Origin: Octopus bimaculoides | Taxonomy: Eukaryota | DNA: 64,000 bases | NCBI RefSeq assembly: GCF_001194135.2 | Contig: NC_069004.1 | Span: 2,083,968 to 2,147,967 of the forward strand | Direction of reading: 5' to 3' | Shown: positions 1 through 10,914 of the stretch, piece by piece | Layout: each line of letters starts with the position of its first letter | Numbering within the stretch: position 1 is the stretch's first letter | Made by a program: the position numbers and the translations under genes | Notes under the pieces: model-generated | The model's database searches: none | What the model saw: the letters and a program-made list of their open reading frames with translations, nothing else | Told to the model about the DNA's origin: nothing

Positions 1-1084
1 TATTTGAATTACTAGTGTGACAAAACAATGGCTCAACCTTTCTGTATTGAAATTATCAATTAAAGGCTATCTTCATAGTATTAGCAGGGATGTAGGAAAC
101 GTAATGTATTTGGAAATTCCTTCTCCAAAACATTAATGAACTTTACCGAAAATAACTGCAATGGGAACCTAGATCGTAATAACAATTTCGCAGAAACCAT
201 GGGCAAAGCGGCATCCTAAGCAAGTGTGCTTTCCACGACTTTGTTTTTTTAATAACTTTCAGAGAAATTGATAATTTTAAATGATATTTTCTTCAGATAT
301 CTTTCAGATAGTGTTGATACTAATTATATTGGAGTTTAATGTGAAAAGAAAAAAAGAAAGAATGGGCGTACATACGTACAATGTTCACACGCATCACATA
401 CTTTTTTTCAAATTTTATTTTGAAGATAGATGTGATGTGCTAGTATGTTTGTGCGTGCGCCCAGCATTCTTTTTCACTTTAAATTCTGATATAATCGTAA
501 TATGCACCATCTGTAAGATATTTGTCGAAAATTTCATTGAAATCCATCCACTTCTCTGAAAGTTATGGGAGAAACAATGTCGAGAGGAAGGGCACACTTG
601 TGTAGGTGTGCTGCAGAAAAAAGTAAAAACAAAGATATAAAAATTAAGTTTCGTTCCGTCTTTCACAGTCTTACTTTTGTAGTGCATTTACAAATTAACA
701 TAACTTCTATGTAGTCTCATAAAACTGGGTATAAATCAGCATGCAGCATGTAAATAAATTGATGCTCGCTGTTTGTATTTGTTGTTGAGAAATAGGAAAC
801 TAAGGCTGATAGTTTGTAATATATCAGTTTGAATTTATCTGGTAAAAATACATTTTTTTTTCATTAACATTTGAGCAAAGCTAGTCGTTTCGCCTGCTTT
901 TTTTTTCGCCTTGTCCTAATTTTGCCTTATTCGCCTTCAAGTTTTACTTCTTTCGAATGTCTGCTCGTTTTGCGTGAAGTATCAGTGTCTTGCACATGCT
1001 GCCGTTGAATATACCGTACAAAGGAATATATATTTAGTTTATTTACATTTCTGCTGAAACATTTGCTACAGAGGTATTGTCACT

Positions 1085-1645
1085 ATGGCGAACGATTCGT
1101 TTCTTAATGTTAACCACGATTATAAGCTAAATAAAAAAAGGCAGACATTTAAACCGCGTCAGCCGGAGTATGAACTGGTAGTGACGACTAGAGGCGGACA
1201 ACTCTTGGCCTTAAATGGCTATTTGTTTCGTCTTAACTATAAACGTAAAGACAGAATTTACTGGAAGTGTAAAACATTGGGTTGTCTCTCTAGTGCTGTC
1301 ATGTCGAACAAACAAGAACTAATATCGTTTAGAGAAAACCACAATCACAGCAACGATCGGCCTTCCATACGTAACAGGTCGACTGCGAGTTCTTCGAAGA
1401 GATTACCAAAACCCGCGAGGCGTTTACTGAAAACCCCAAACATTGATGGGCTTCCGTTAAAATTCCAGGATGATCAGCAAAGTGCCCTTACTAACAGCAC
1501 ATCTCTACAGTTGGAACATGCCATCAAGACAGAAGTTGTTGCCGCTAACTTAATCTCCGCTTATGAATCTTCGTCCTACCTACCTGGAATTAACTGGGAT
1601 GCCAATCAACAAATCACAACTATTGCTGATGTCAAGTATGGGAAG
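1085..1645 (+). CDS. Variable 5' coding exon V1: FLYWCH zinc-finger domain (187 aa), predicted to splice to the BTB constant exons
   Basis: ATG at 1085 preceded by acceptor tttgctacag|1072, with an in-frame TGA at 1055. Translation ...TTRGGQLLALNGYLFRLNYKRKDRIYWKCKTLGCLSSAV...ENHNH matches the FLYWCH pattern (G-Y-x-F/Y, YWxC, C, HxH). Phase-0 donor AAG|gtatgt at 1645/1646. Confidence 0.82.
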
Positions 1646-2109
1646 GTATGTCAGGATAAAATTGATTATCATATTTGTGTTTTACATTACTTTCAAAACA
1701 ACGTCGTTATATTTTGCAGAGGAGGCCAGCGATTTTCTGGGTATTATTATTTCAAAACAGCGTGGTTGCACATGTCTTGGGAATGGTGACCCCTCCCCCC
1801 CCACTCCTCGCCAATCAATCGAAGTTTCAGTTCATACTCTGACATGAATAATTTTTGTAACCTGTTTCACTCAACAGAGAAACTATGGCATTTCATATAA
1901 GGCTGAGTTTGTAATTTTTATTTCTTTGAAGTATTTATAGGCATTAAAGGGTACTTATTTTGTAGAAGAGGCCAGGGATTTTCTGGGTGTTATCGTTTCA
2001 AAACAGTGTGGGGTAACACTTGTCTTGGGAATGGTGACGCGAGGTTTCATTCTATGCACTAACATAAATAATTTACCTAACAGGTTGCACTCAACTTCGA
2101 AACTATGCA

Positions 2110-2274
2110 CCGTATCTATTCGTGTATAAGTCGTGTAACAAATTCCGTATTAAATCACGGCACAAGATTTCTTCCATTCATAGTTTTAGCTTTGTCCCAC
2201 GTACAAGCCACACCCCAGTTTTTGAAATGAACATCAAATATAACATAATGCAATTGACATACGAGTAAATACTG
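2110..2274. mobile_element. Tc1/pogo(Tigger)-type MITE
   Basis: Degenerate TIRs ccgtatctattcgtgtataagtcg ... caattgacatacgagtaaatactg (reverse complement cagtatttactcgtatg). Confidence 0.45.
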
Positions 2275-2899
2275 ATTTCGTATAAGGCTGTGTTTGTAGT
2301 TTTTTTAACCTACAATCGTGACGTATTTATCATATAGGGAACTATTTCGTAGTCAACGGTTTTCTGGTAGCTGGTTCGTTTACCCATTAGTCAACCCCGT
2401 TACAGCAGACCAATGACCAAAGATGTTACAGACATAGTCATTCCGTATCTTGGACTACACTGTCCATATTATATTTCCCCTTTACCCACCACTTTCTGTA
2501 TAGACAGCAGGGTGTAATTTGAGGGACACTGATCAGTTATTTCTAACGAATCAAGACTCGTGAAGGCTTCTTTGTTGATTACTGCTGAAAATAGCTTGGG
2601 CATTGCAAGATAGTGCGATTATTTAGTGCAAAAAAGGAATATACTTTCAATTAGTTACTCTTTGTAAAGTAAGATTAGAAGTTATGTCAGACAAAATAAA
2701 AAGGTAGAAAAACCCCAGAGCTGTACTGTATTTTTAGACTAACCTTTATATGTATAAGGAAGATAAGGAAGGCACCTTGTCCTTAAGGAATTACTACTGA
2801 GATGCTTAGTCACCTGCATAGTAAATCAAGAAGTGCAGAAGGGTGTCATACACAATGACTTATGTAGCAGTCGTATTGTCAACTGTTGTAAGGGCAAAA

Positions 2900-3560
2900 G
2901 AGATACACCAGAGACAGGAAATTCCAGAAATGTAAAACTGTTAGACTAGTGGAACTCCATTGATGAGGAAGATAATTAACCTAGATGAGATGCTGATTAG
3001 TTTTGGGCTGAAAAGAAGTATGCTGACACCATATTCCTAGTGAAACAACTGAAAAGAGTGAATCCTCATATTTGGCATTTGATAGCATTCTACATTCTGC
3101 TGTATGGTGGTCACTGGGGGAACTTGGAGTAAATATATGGCTTGTGAGAACATGGTCTGTTCCAACAAGGAAGACATGAGCTGGAAAAGAGATTCTTGAG
3201 GGGTAATGTTTTAGGAAAAAAGGACTAGAAATAGTGGGGTTAGGGGTAGATGCAACTGAGGTAATGAGTGGGTGAAGGGTGTTCGAGTGATGGCTGTACA
3301 TAGCCAGTTGTTTCCAAAGGACAGAGGCTATTATAGTAGTAGTAAAGAAATAGAGGAAAAGGAGGCAGTATGCCTGTGAGTCAGATGTTGGAGTATGTGT
3401 CCATCAGTGAGTGGATGCAAGTGGATCTTCTTTGGCTGTGATCTAGGATGTCTGTGAAACAGCAACACCGTCTCAAATATAGGAGCAGTATTCCGTTGTA
3501 GGCTACTCCCTAGTTTTGTGGAGTGTCTGCTAGGATAGATCTTAGCAAAAAACAGTTAAA
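2900..3560 (-). mobile_element. Possible very old Penelope-like relic
   Basis: Purine-rich plus strand with minus-strand fragments such as HTPTSDSQAY (cf. HYKPTDSHSY) and NQHLI (cf. EQHLI). The similarity is weak. Confidence 0.25.
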
Positions 3561-4013
3561 CACCTCGGTTGTTTACTTGAGAATGGGGGTAAATGTGTGA
3601 GCAGACCGTGTGTGTCTGTGTTATAGGCCCGAGAATAGGGAGTGCAGCTGGTGCAAGCGCACCTTCCCCTAAAATTTTACAAATCTCTTACAAACCAGGT
3701 TTGTAAAAAACAAAATTTTGAACCTCAGTTTGCACACCCTAAGTAATTTTTTTCTCTCGTGTATATATGTGTGTGTGTGTGAGTGAGAGAGAGAGAGGAC
3801 TGTCTGTGNNNNNNNNNNNNNNNNNNNNNNNNNNNNNNNNNNNNNNNNNNNNNNNNNNNNNNNNNNNNNNNNNNNNNNNNNNNNNNNNNNNNNNNNNNNN
3901 NNNNNNNNNNNNNNNNNNNNNNNNNNNNNNNNNNNNNNNNNNNNNNNNNNNNNNNNNNNNNNNNNNNNNNNNNNNNNNNNNNNNNNNNNNNNNNNNNNNN
4001 NNNNNNNNNTACC

Positions 4014-4403
4014 ATGCCTCACGTATTTAACAGTATCCGCGGAGGGAAGAAACTTGTGGATGATATGAATTACATATATGAAATGCAGAAAAAAAATGCC
4101 GATGGATCTAAGACTTACTGGAAATGTGAAATTAGGTCTTGTAAAGCTCGAGTCCATACCATGACACGCGATGAATATTATACCATACTTAAGCGCGTTG
4201 GTGAACATCTTCATAATTCGTGTGCCTCAATGCCCAAAGTTCGCAAAACTTTAGCGGACCTGAAAGCACAAGCAGCTGCTTCCCAGGAATCTTCCCGTTC
4301 GTTAATTGCGACCATTTGTGAAAAGCTTGATGAAAATGAAATGGCTCTCATGCCTCCCTCTTCGTATGTAAGTCGCAATATAAGAAACTGGCGTCAGGCA
4401 AAA
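4014..4403 (+). CDS. Variable 5' coding exon V2: FLYWCH domain plus the helical linker of a MULE-type transposase (130 aa)
   Basis: MPHVFNSIRGGKKLVDDMNYIYEMQKKNADGSKTYWKCEIRSCKARVHT...GEHLH is a FLYWCH domain. It is followed by ...LADLKAQAAASQESSRSLIATICEKL...MPPSSYVSRNIRNWRQAK, resembling the post-FLYWCH region of animal MULE transposases. Phase-0 donor AAA|gtaagt at 4403/4404. The 5' flank lies in an N gap (3809-4009), so the true start is uncertain. Confidence 0.75.
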
Positions 4404-4550
4404 GTAAGTGGCCCCCCCAATCCCCTCAGAGTCGATTTGGTTTTATTGTATCTTTATTCAACGTTTTGGGGGTTTTTTCCTAACATCGAGGGTGAAATTG
4501 ATTGGCAGTCAAATTACCGAAGTCAAAATACCGGGTATCAAATTACCGGC
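4404..4550 (+). mobile_element. Decayed continuation and probable terminal repeat region of a Mutator-like (MULE) DNA transposon
   Basis: After the donor the frame reads VSGPPNP, and a shifted frame reads QSRFGFI, resembling the P-x-P...F-x-I linker of MULE transposases. Three tandem 12-mers gtcaaattaccg/gtcaaaataccg/atcaaattaccg lie at 4508-4519, 4522-4533 and 4537-4548. Confidence 0.5.
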
Positions 4551-4565
4551 TGAGACACATAACTC

Positions 4566-4857
4566 AAGGGTCTTCAACCCATTTTTTTTTCTATCTATAT
4601 TTTATTTTGGTGGACCCCCGTTGCCTTTCGATGATTAAAAACTAGTTTTATAGAAACTTTTTTCAAAATTCCCATTTTGTTTTTCACACATTGTGTAGTT
4701 TGAACCAGGTAGAGAAAGAACCTACCTGTTTCTTGCAATACGTAACAATACACACATCTAGATCAAAATGGTTTTCCAAGGGCCCCTAAAATACAATTTC
4801 CTATTTTGCTGCATGGATCCCCAAAAATCTTATATGGACCCTGCTTGTGAACCACTG
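4566..4857. mobile_element. hAT-type MITE
   Basis: Ends caagggtcttcaaccc ... gcttgtgaaccactg resemble cagtggttctcaac/gttgagaaccactg hAT TIRs. Confidence 0.4.
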
Positions 4858-6962
4858 CACAATGTTTATCAGGCGGTCCACACTATTAAAAGAAAAAAAA
4901 ATCGAAGGTAATTTTTCATTATTTGCGCCATTTCGGATTGCCCATGCCTGACCAAAACCTTTCATTTTGGAATAATCGTCTCTTAAAAAAAAAAAATTTT
5001 TTAAGACTCTAACAGATACAGTATATTTGGGTCGACACTGTACAATGCTTTTCCCTGTTCGTTTTAAAGACAGTGGGATGTGATATGAGTTTAAGTTAGC
5101 TGTTATTTCTAGTTAGCCAACGAGGGAGTTTCAATATTGCACTTTACCTGCTAGAAATAACAGTAAAACTTCACTCATATCATCGTCTTGAAGATAAAAT
5201 AGTCCTGGATAATGGATAGTCCTAGATAAGCTATTTCTGAATAACGGGCAAATATAACGGATATAGCTGTTTGAATCCTTTTGTCAAATGACTGCGATCA
5301 GTGTTGAATGGGGGTTGAAATAACAACAAAAATATAGTTCTTGAGACGAAAATGCATGTTCGAAGTTTCGATTAATTTAGCTTTCGTGTCTCGAGGCTTC
5401 GAATAGCGACTATAGTACCGTGTTCTAAAACAGTGGAAGTATTTGATGTCCAACTATAATCTGGAAAGAAAGAAGGGAAAAAGAAAACCCAACAAAAGAA
5501 TATTCTAATATTCAAGAGTAGTTAGTTGTCTTGTGATAGATTAAATAATGTGTTATCGATTAGTTTATGATGATAATAATGCAGTTTGTGTGATACGATG
5601 GGTGTGAGAAGAGACACTAAGCGTGCGGCACTATATAAAGTTAAGAGTTTCTACTGGAGACGTAGGTAGAAGACTACTACTATTCTATTAGCAGGCTGTA
5701 TTGTTGTATGTGGATGGAAGGCGTGAGAGACAGGCAAATAAACTAGATTATGGTGAACAAGTTGGAGCAAAATCCTGCTCTATATCGCTTCTCCCACTCT
5801 TGTGTGTGTGTGTGTGCATGGAGATTGGCACTAGTGTGTCTTCATCATTAGATAGATGTGTATCTCACACTAACACACACACACACAATGTTATTTCGTA
5901 TTTTCAGAGACATGAAACTGATTGTAACTCGTGTTTAAATCTTGTGTGTATTAAATATTTATCTCTCACTGGATGGAGTACTTGTCTTGTTGATATCACC
6001 AACAACGAAGCAGTACATCTCTCTCTCTCTTTCTCTCTCTCTCTCTATCTCTCTCTCTCTCTATCGTGTGTGTATTTGGTACTTCGTAACTTCAACAGTG
6101 TTCCAAACCTGGGTCACTAATGCTGATCAGTAACTAGGTCACTGTAGTTAGAAACACATAATCACTTTTCTAATTCACTTATTGTTTATCATAATACGTG
6201 TTAATGTAGTAGTAGTAGTAGTAGTAGTAAACGGTTTTTTTATGATATTCATGCTTTTTGCTTGTTTTTTTTCTTATTGTTTATGTTTTATATATATCTT
6301 GAATCTACTCTTCCTATAATTCACGAAGTTTATAATCCTGACCAAAACGCCAATATAGATGGTTCACAGAATATTGTTTGCAGCCAATATGAATTAAGTA
6401 TAAATATTTGGGGGGTTGTTTCTGTGTGTGTGCTGTGCGCGCGCGCGCAGCACACACTCTTTAACCGGACAGGTACTTGGTGCTCCAGTTTATGTCTGGT
6501 ATAATCAAACGGACGAACGGACCTCAGGTGTATCACACAGAACAATATGGAATATTTACCATATGCTATTTCGTAGGACAGCTGCATGTTTGACTAACTA
6601 TTCACCTCGTCAGCTGCTGTTATACTAAAGACAGTTAATAATTTGTTGAACCATACAGTTTTTATAATTTGATCGACTAATGGACAAAGTAACAAAATAA
6701 GATGCTTTATAGATATTTTAAGAATAACAAACTCCTTATTCTGTTGTTACACGCTTCAGTCATTGGATTGCAACCAAAATGAAGCACCACCTTCACGGGT
6801 TTAGTCAAACAAATCGACCCCAGTGCTTATTTTTATAGTCTGGTACTTTTCTTTCAGTTCCTTTGGCTGAACCACTGTTATACGGACGTAAACAAACCAA
6901 CACTGGTTATCTAGTGGGTGGTGGCAATGACATACCCAGAGAGACGAACACACATCTGTCTG

Positions 6963-7005
<43 letters not shown>

Positions 7006-7269
7006 AGAGAGAGAGAGGGTGAGGGTGAATTTGGTGGATAGAAACTGTGTAGAAGGTCTAACAAGGAATTGGTCAACTGGGAGCTATAGCAGAAGACATT
7101 TGCCCTTCCTAACACCAACCATTTTACAGACTGTACTATGGGCTTTTTATGTGGCACCTTGATTTTAGGATCTCAGTTCTGTTGTGGTGGGCGGGTCTTC
7201 TCAAGTACAACAATATATATATTAACTGATCCTCCTAAATTTTACCCAGAACCAGTATTTATTCAACAC

Positions 7270-7421
7270 CCCCCTCGTGTGTGTGTGTTTATATATGTAT
7301 GTGTATATATATATATGTGTGTGTGTGTGTGCATGTATATATATGTGTGTGTATATATGTGTGTGTGTATATATATATATGTGTGTGTATGTATATATGT
7401 ATGTATACATATGTATGCATG

Positions 7422-7452
<31 letters not shown>

Positions 7453-7493
7453 ATATATATAAATGTATAAATAAATATGTATATATATAAATG

Positions 7494-7525
<32 letters not shown>
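7270..7525. repeat. Compound (TA)n/(TG)n microsatellite flanking an assembly gap (N 7526-8290)
   Basis: Read directly from the sequence. Similar blocks at 8720-9015, 44880-45130 and 47850-48310. Confidence 0.95.
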
Positions 7526-8344
7526 NNNNNNNNNNNNNNNNNNNNNNNNNNNNNNNNNNNNNNNNNNNNNNNNNNNNNNNNNNNNNNNNNNNNNNNNNNN
7601 NNNNNNNNNNNNNNNNNNNNNNNNNNNNNNNNNNNNNNNNNNNNNNNNNNNNNNNNNNNNNNNNNNNNNNNNNNNNNNNNNNNNNNNNNNNNNNNNNNNN
7701 NNNNNNNNNNNNNNNNNNNNNNNNNNNNNNNNNNNNNNNNNNNNNNNNNNNNNNNNNNNNNNNNNNNNNNNNNNNNNNNNNNNNNNNNNNNNNNNNNNNN
7801 NNNNNNNNNNNNNNNNNNNNNNNNNNNNNNNNNNNNNNNNNNNNNNNNNNNNNNNNNNNNNNNNNNNNNNNNNNNNNNNNNNNNNNNNNNNNNNNNNNNN
7901 NNNNNNNNNNNNNNNNNNNNNNNNNNNNNNNNNNNNNNNNNNNNNNNNNNNNNNNNNNNNNNNNNNNNNNNNNNNNNNNNNNNNNNNNNNNNNNNNNNNN
8001 NNNNNNNNNNNNNNNNNNNNNNNNNNNNNNNNNNNNNNNNNNNNNNNNNNNNNNNNNNNNNNNNNNNNNNNNNNNNNNNNNNNNNNNNNNNNNNNNNNNN
8101 NNNNNNNNNNNNNNNNNNNNNNNNNNNNNNNNNNNNNNNNNNNNNNNNNNNNNNNNNNNNNNNNNNNNNNNNNNNNNNNNNNNNNNNNNNNNNNNNNNNN
8201 NNNNNNNNNNNNNNNNNNNNNNNNNNNNNNNNNNNNNNNNNNNNNNNNNNNNNNNNNNNNNNNNNNNNNNNNNNNNNNNNNNNNNNNNNNCATCATCATT
8301 TAACGTCTTTTGTCCATGCTGGTATGGGGGTTTGTCTTTGTGCT

Positions 8345-8530
8345 TGTTCCCCACCACTGCTTGACAGCCGTTGTTGGTGTGTTTACGTCCTCGTAATCTA
8401 GCGTTTCGGCAAAAGGGGCCGGTAGATTAAGTACTAGGCTTACAAAGGATAAGTCCCGGGGTCGATTTGTTCGATTAAAGGCGGTGCTGCAGCATGGCCG
8501 CAGTCAAATGATTGAAACAAATAAAAGAAT
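8345..8530 (+). mobile_element. SINE-like family C 3' body (ggtgtgtttacgtcc...gcatggccgcagtcaaatgattgaaacaa..aaaaga)
   Basis: Recurs at about 40762-40955 (+), 56975-57135 (+), 6745-6935 (-), 13690-13850 (-) and 32045-32165 (-). Confidence 0.7.
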
Positions 8531-8971
8531 ATATATATATATCATGAACATTAAATTAATTGTTTGATATCATTTTTAATTTCTGGAAGGAAAATGCTGA
8601 GAGTGACTTCGAAGTTTTGGCTGACAATCTAATGCGTGAGCCGAAACTTCGAAATCACAGTTAACTATTTTCCAACAGAAATACACACAATCGCGCGCAC
8701 ACACACAATATAGAGGTAATATTTATCTGTCTATATATGCACGTACGCACACACACAGCCGTACGTAGTCTGTGCATTTATATATACATATGCATACATA
8801 AACATATATATATAAATACACACACACACACACATTTATACATATGCATACATAAACATATATATATATAAATACACACACACACATACATTTATACATA
8901 TGCATACATAAACATATATATAAATATATACATGCATAGATACATATATCTGTCTATTTCTTTCTTTCTCT

Positions 8972-9014
<43 letters not shown>

Positions 9015-9233
9015 GCACCAGCTTAATAATAATTAGTAAAATTATATTGAAATGGTCATTTAATAATTATTTCTTCAGTTTTGGCTACATTGCCAATCTA
9101 TGATAACATAGTTATTTCTGTAAATATATCCTACTTCTGAAGGAATACGTATTCTACCCCCCTCCTCGTTTTGTCTTCCTCAACGTTTAATTAGTTAACT
9201 AACTAGCTGACTTGTGTTATTGTCTGTAGTTGG

Positions 9234-9259
9234 GCCGCCATTCTATCGTCATGGCGGAC
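9234..9259. promoter_or_regulatory. Inverted pair of YY1-like motifs (GCCGCCATT / CATGGCGG) upstream of exon V3
   Basis: gccgccattctatcgtcatggcggac in a locally CpG-enriched stretch of otherwise AT-rich DNA. Confidence 0.35.
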
Positions 9260-9557
9260 TAATCTTATATTTTTTTTTCTTTTGTGAGTGAAGCGGTCAG
9301 CAACATATAAGGATATAGTGATGTGTATGATAGACTGAGAGAGATAGTGGGAGAGGTGCTATCGACTATTAATTTGCTTCTTTGCTTTCTTTAACAACGT
9401 ATAAGCAGAGTATTCCCAGAAATATATAGCTGTGTGAAAAAATTACAAGGAGAAAAAAAATCCGTGCAACTTTTATATAAATCTGTAATATTTATTTGGC
9501 TTCTATAGTGTTGGGGCACTATGTCTTCTCGTAGTGCTCACTACGCATCTATGTTGC

Positions 9558-9569
9558 CGTGACGTCACG
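9558..9569. promoter_or_regulatory. Perfect palindromic CRE (cgTGACGTCAcg) just 5' of the V3 start codon
   Basis: TGACGTCA at 9560-9567 inside a 12-bp palindrome. Confidence 0.4.
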
Positions 9570-9606
9570 CTACTAGAACGTAGTGCCGTGCGGAAGAAGG
9601 TTACTA

Positions 9607-10914
9607 ATGGCTTCCAATCCACTAGATTCGTCGTCGCCGACTCCTCCGCCGTGCACTTCTACTGCAAACTCTCTGCTTGCTAGCACTAACATTCCTTTAC
9701 AATCGGCTGGAGTTATTCACGAAGATGTCCCTCTATTGGTCATGCCTCCACCATCGAAAGAACCCCAGCAGTATGACAGTAAAAAAACGAAAGAAGCCAC
9801 CAAGTACAGCGCGAAAATATTCCGTGACTTCTGCCATAGCCGTGGCATCAATACTGCCATTGAAGATATGGCCAAGAGTGAGTTGGATGAACTGCTCTCT
9901 GACTTTTACATCAATGTCCGTACACAAGGCGGTCAGTTTTATAGTTTTTCATCGTTAGTTGCACTTCGCCATGGACTAAACCGTTACCTGAAAACTGTGA
10001 ACATCGTCAACGACCCGGCATTCCGTAAATCGAACATGTCGTTTAAAGTAGCTTTGAAACGACTGAAAGAAGCTGGCAAAGGGTCGATTGAACACAAAGA
10101 GCCGATCAGTCAGGCTGACATGGCTACTCTCTATTCCCATAGCCAGGTGTTTAACCCCAACACACCAGAAGGCCTTCTCAATAAGGTCTGGTTCGAAATT
10201 ACATTTTATTTCTTTCGTCGGGGACAGGAGAACCAACGCTATCTCACCCCTCACCATTTTGGTTTTAGTACGGATGAATATGGTCGAAAATACGTTTACA
10301 AACGGAAATCATTGTCTCAATACACCAACGGATGTAATATCGAATCGAACAGCTCGCCGTTATCTCCAGACTCCAGTCGCAGTGCGAGAATGTATGCTAC
10401 AGGTAATGCCGTATGTCCAGTGGCCACGTTCGAGCGCTACCTTCGTAAGCGAAACCCGCACGAGTTAGCTCTGTTCCAGCATCCTCGGACCACATCCTTC
10501 CAGGACTCCATCTGGTATAATGCATCTCCACTAGGAAAAGAAGCTTTGTCCACGATGATGAAAAGGATAGCGCTTACAGCCAAACTCTCTCGTGTCTATA
10601 CAAACCACTGCATCCGTGCAACCGCGAAGTTCGTCCTCTTTCAGGTGTTCGATGCATTTCAGTTCGATCCCCAGCAAGGTACTAGCAGCTCTTTGACGAC
10701 ACCCTCTCAGTCGCTTGCTTTGCCCGGTATCAGTTCGATATCTGGTCTAAACACCCTGTCGTCCCATGAAATGCAGGCGACCCACGATGCAAACGCGGGT
10801 TCCATAAATTACAGCCCGCACCCGTCGGGTCTGCGTGTGTCAATGGTACAGAGCGATACTGACAACGCTTTCCCCCACCTGCCTAATTTGAGTGAAATCG
10901 CTCTGAACCGACAG
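9607..10914 (+). CDS. Variable 5' coding exon V3: DUF3504 / Crypton tyrosine-recombinase-derived domain (KIAA1958/ZMYM/QRICH1/KCTD1-like), 436 aa
   Basis: ATG at 9607 with in-frame TAG at 9574. Motifs TKEATKYSAKIFRDFC, LDELLSDFYINVRTQGGQFYSFSSLVALRHGLNRYL, LLNKVWFEITFYFFRRGQENQR, CPVATFERYLRKRNP, WYNASPLGKEALSTMMKRIA and YTNHCIRAT are typical of DUF3504 proteins. Phase-0 donor CAG|gtaagt at 10914/10915. Confidence 0.85.

Noticed and set aside
1646-1789. C-terminal extension of ORF 1085..1789 (VCQDKIDYHICVL...)
   Set aside because: It lies after a consensus donor and is AT-rich and intron-like, so it is treated as read-through.
6262-6628. Short ORFs around the (GC)n patch
   Set aside because: No acceptor, no ATG in good context and no domain. 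More likely promoter or UTR sequence.
7138-8364. Several long ORFs of [12 protein letters not shown] and X
   Set aside because: Artefacts of microsatellites and N gaps. The same applies to ORFs at 11382-11669, 44841-45192, 47813-48325 and 54392-55075.
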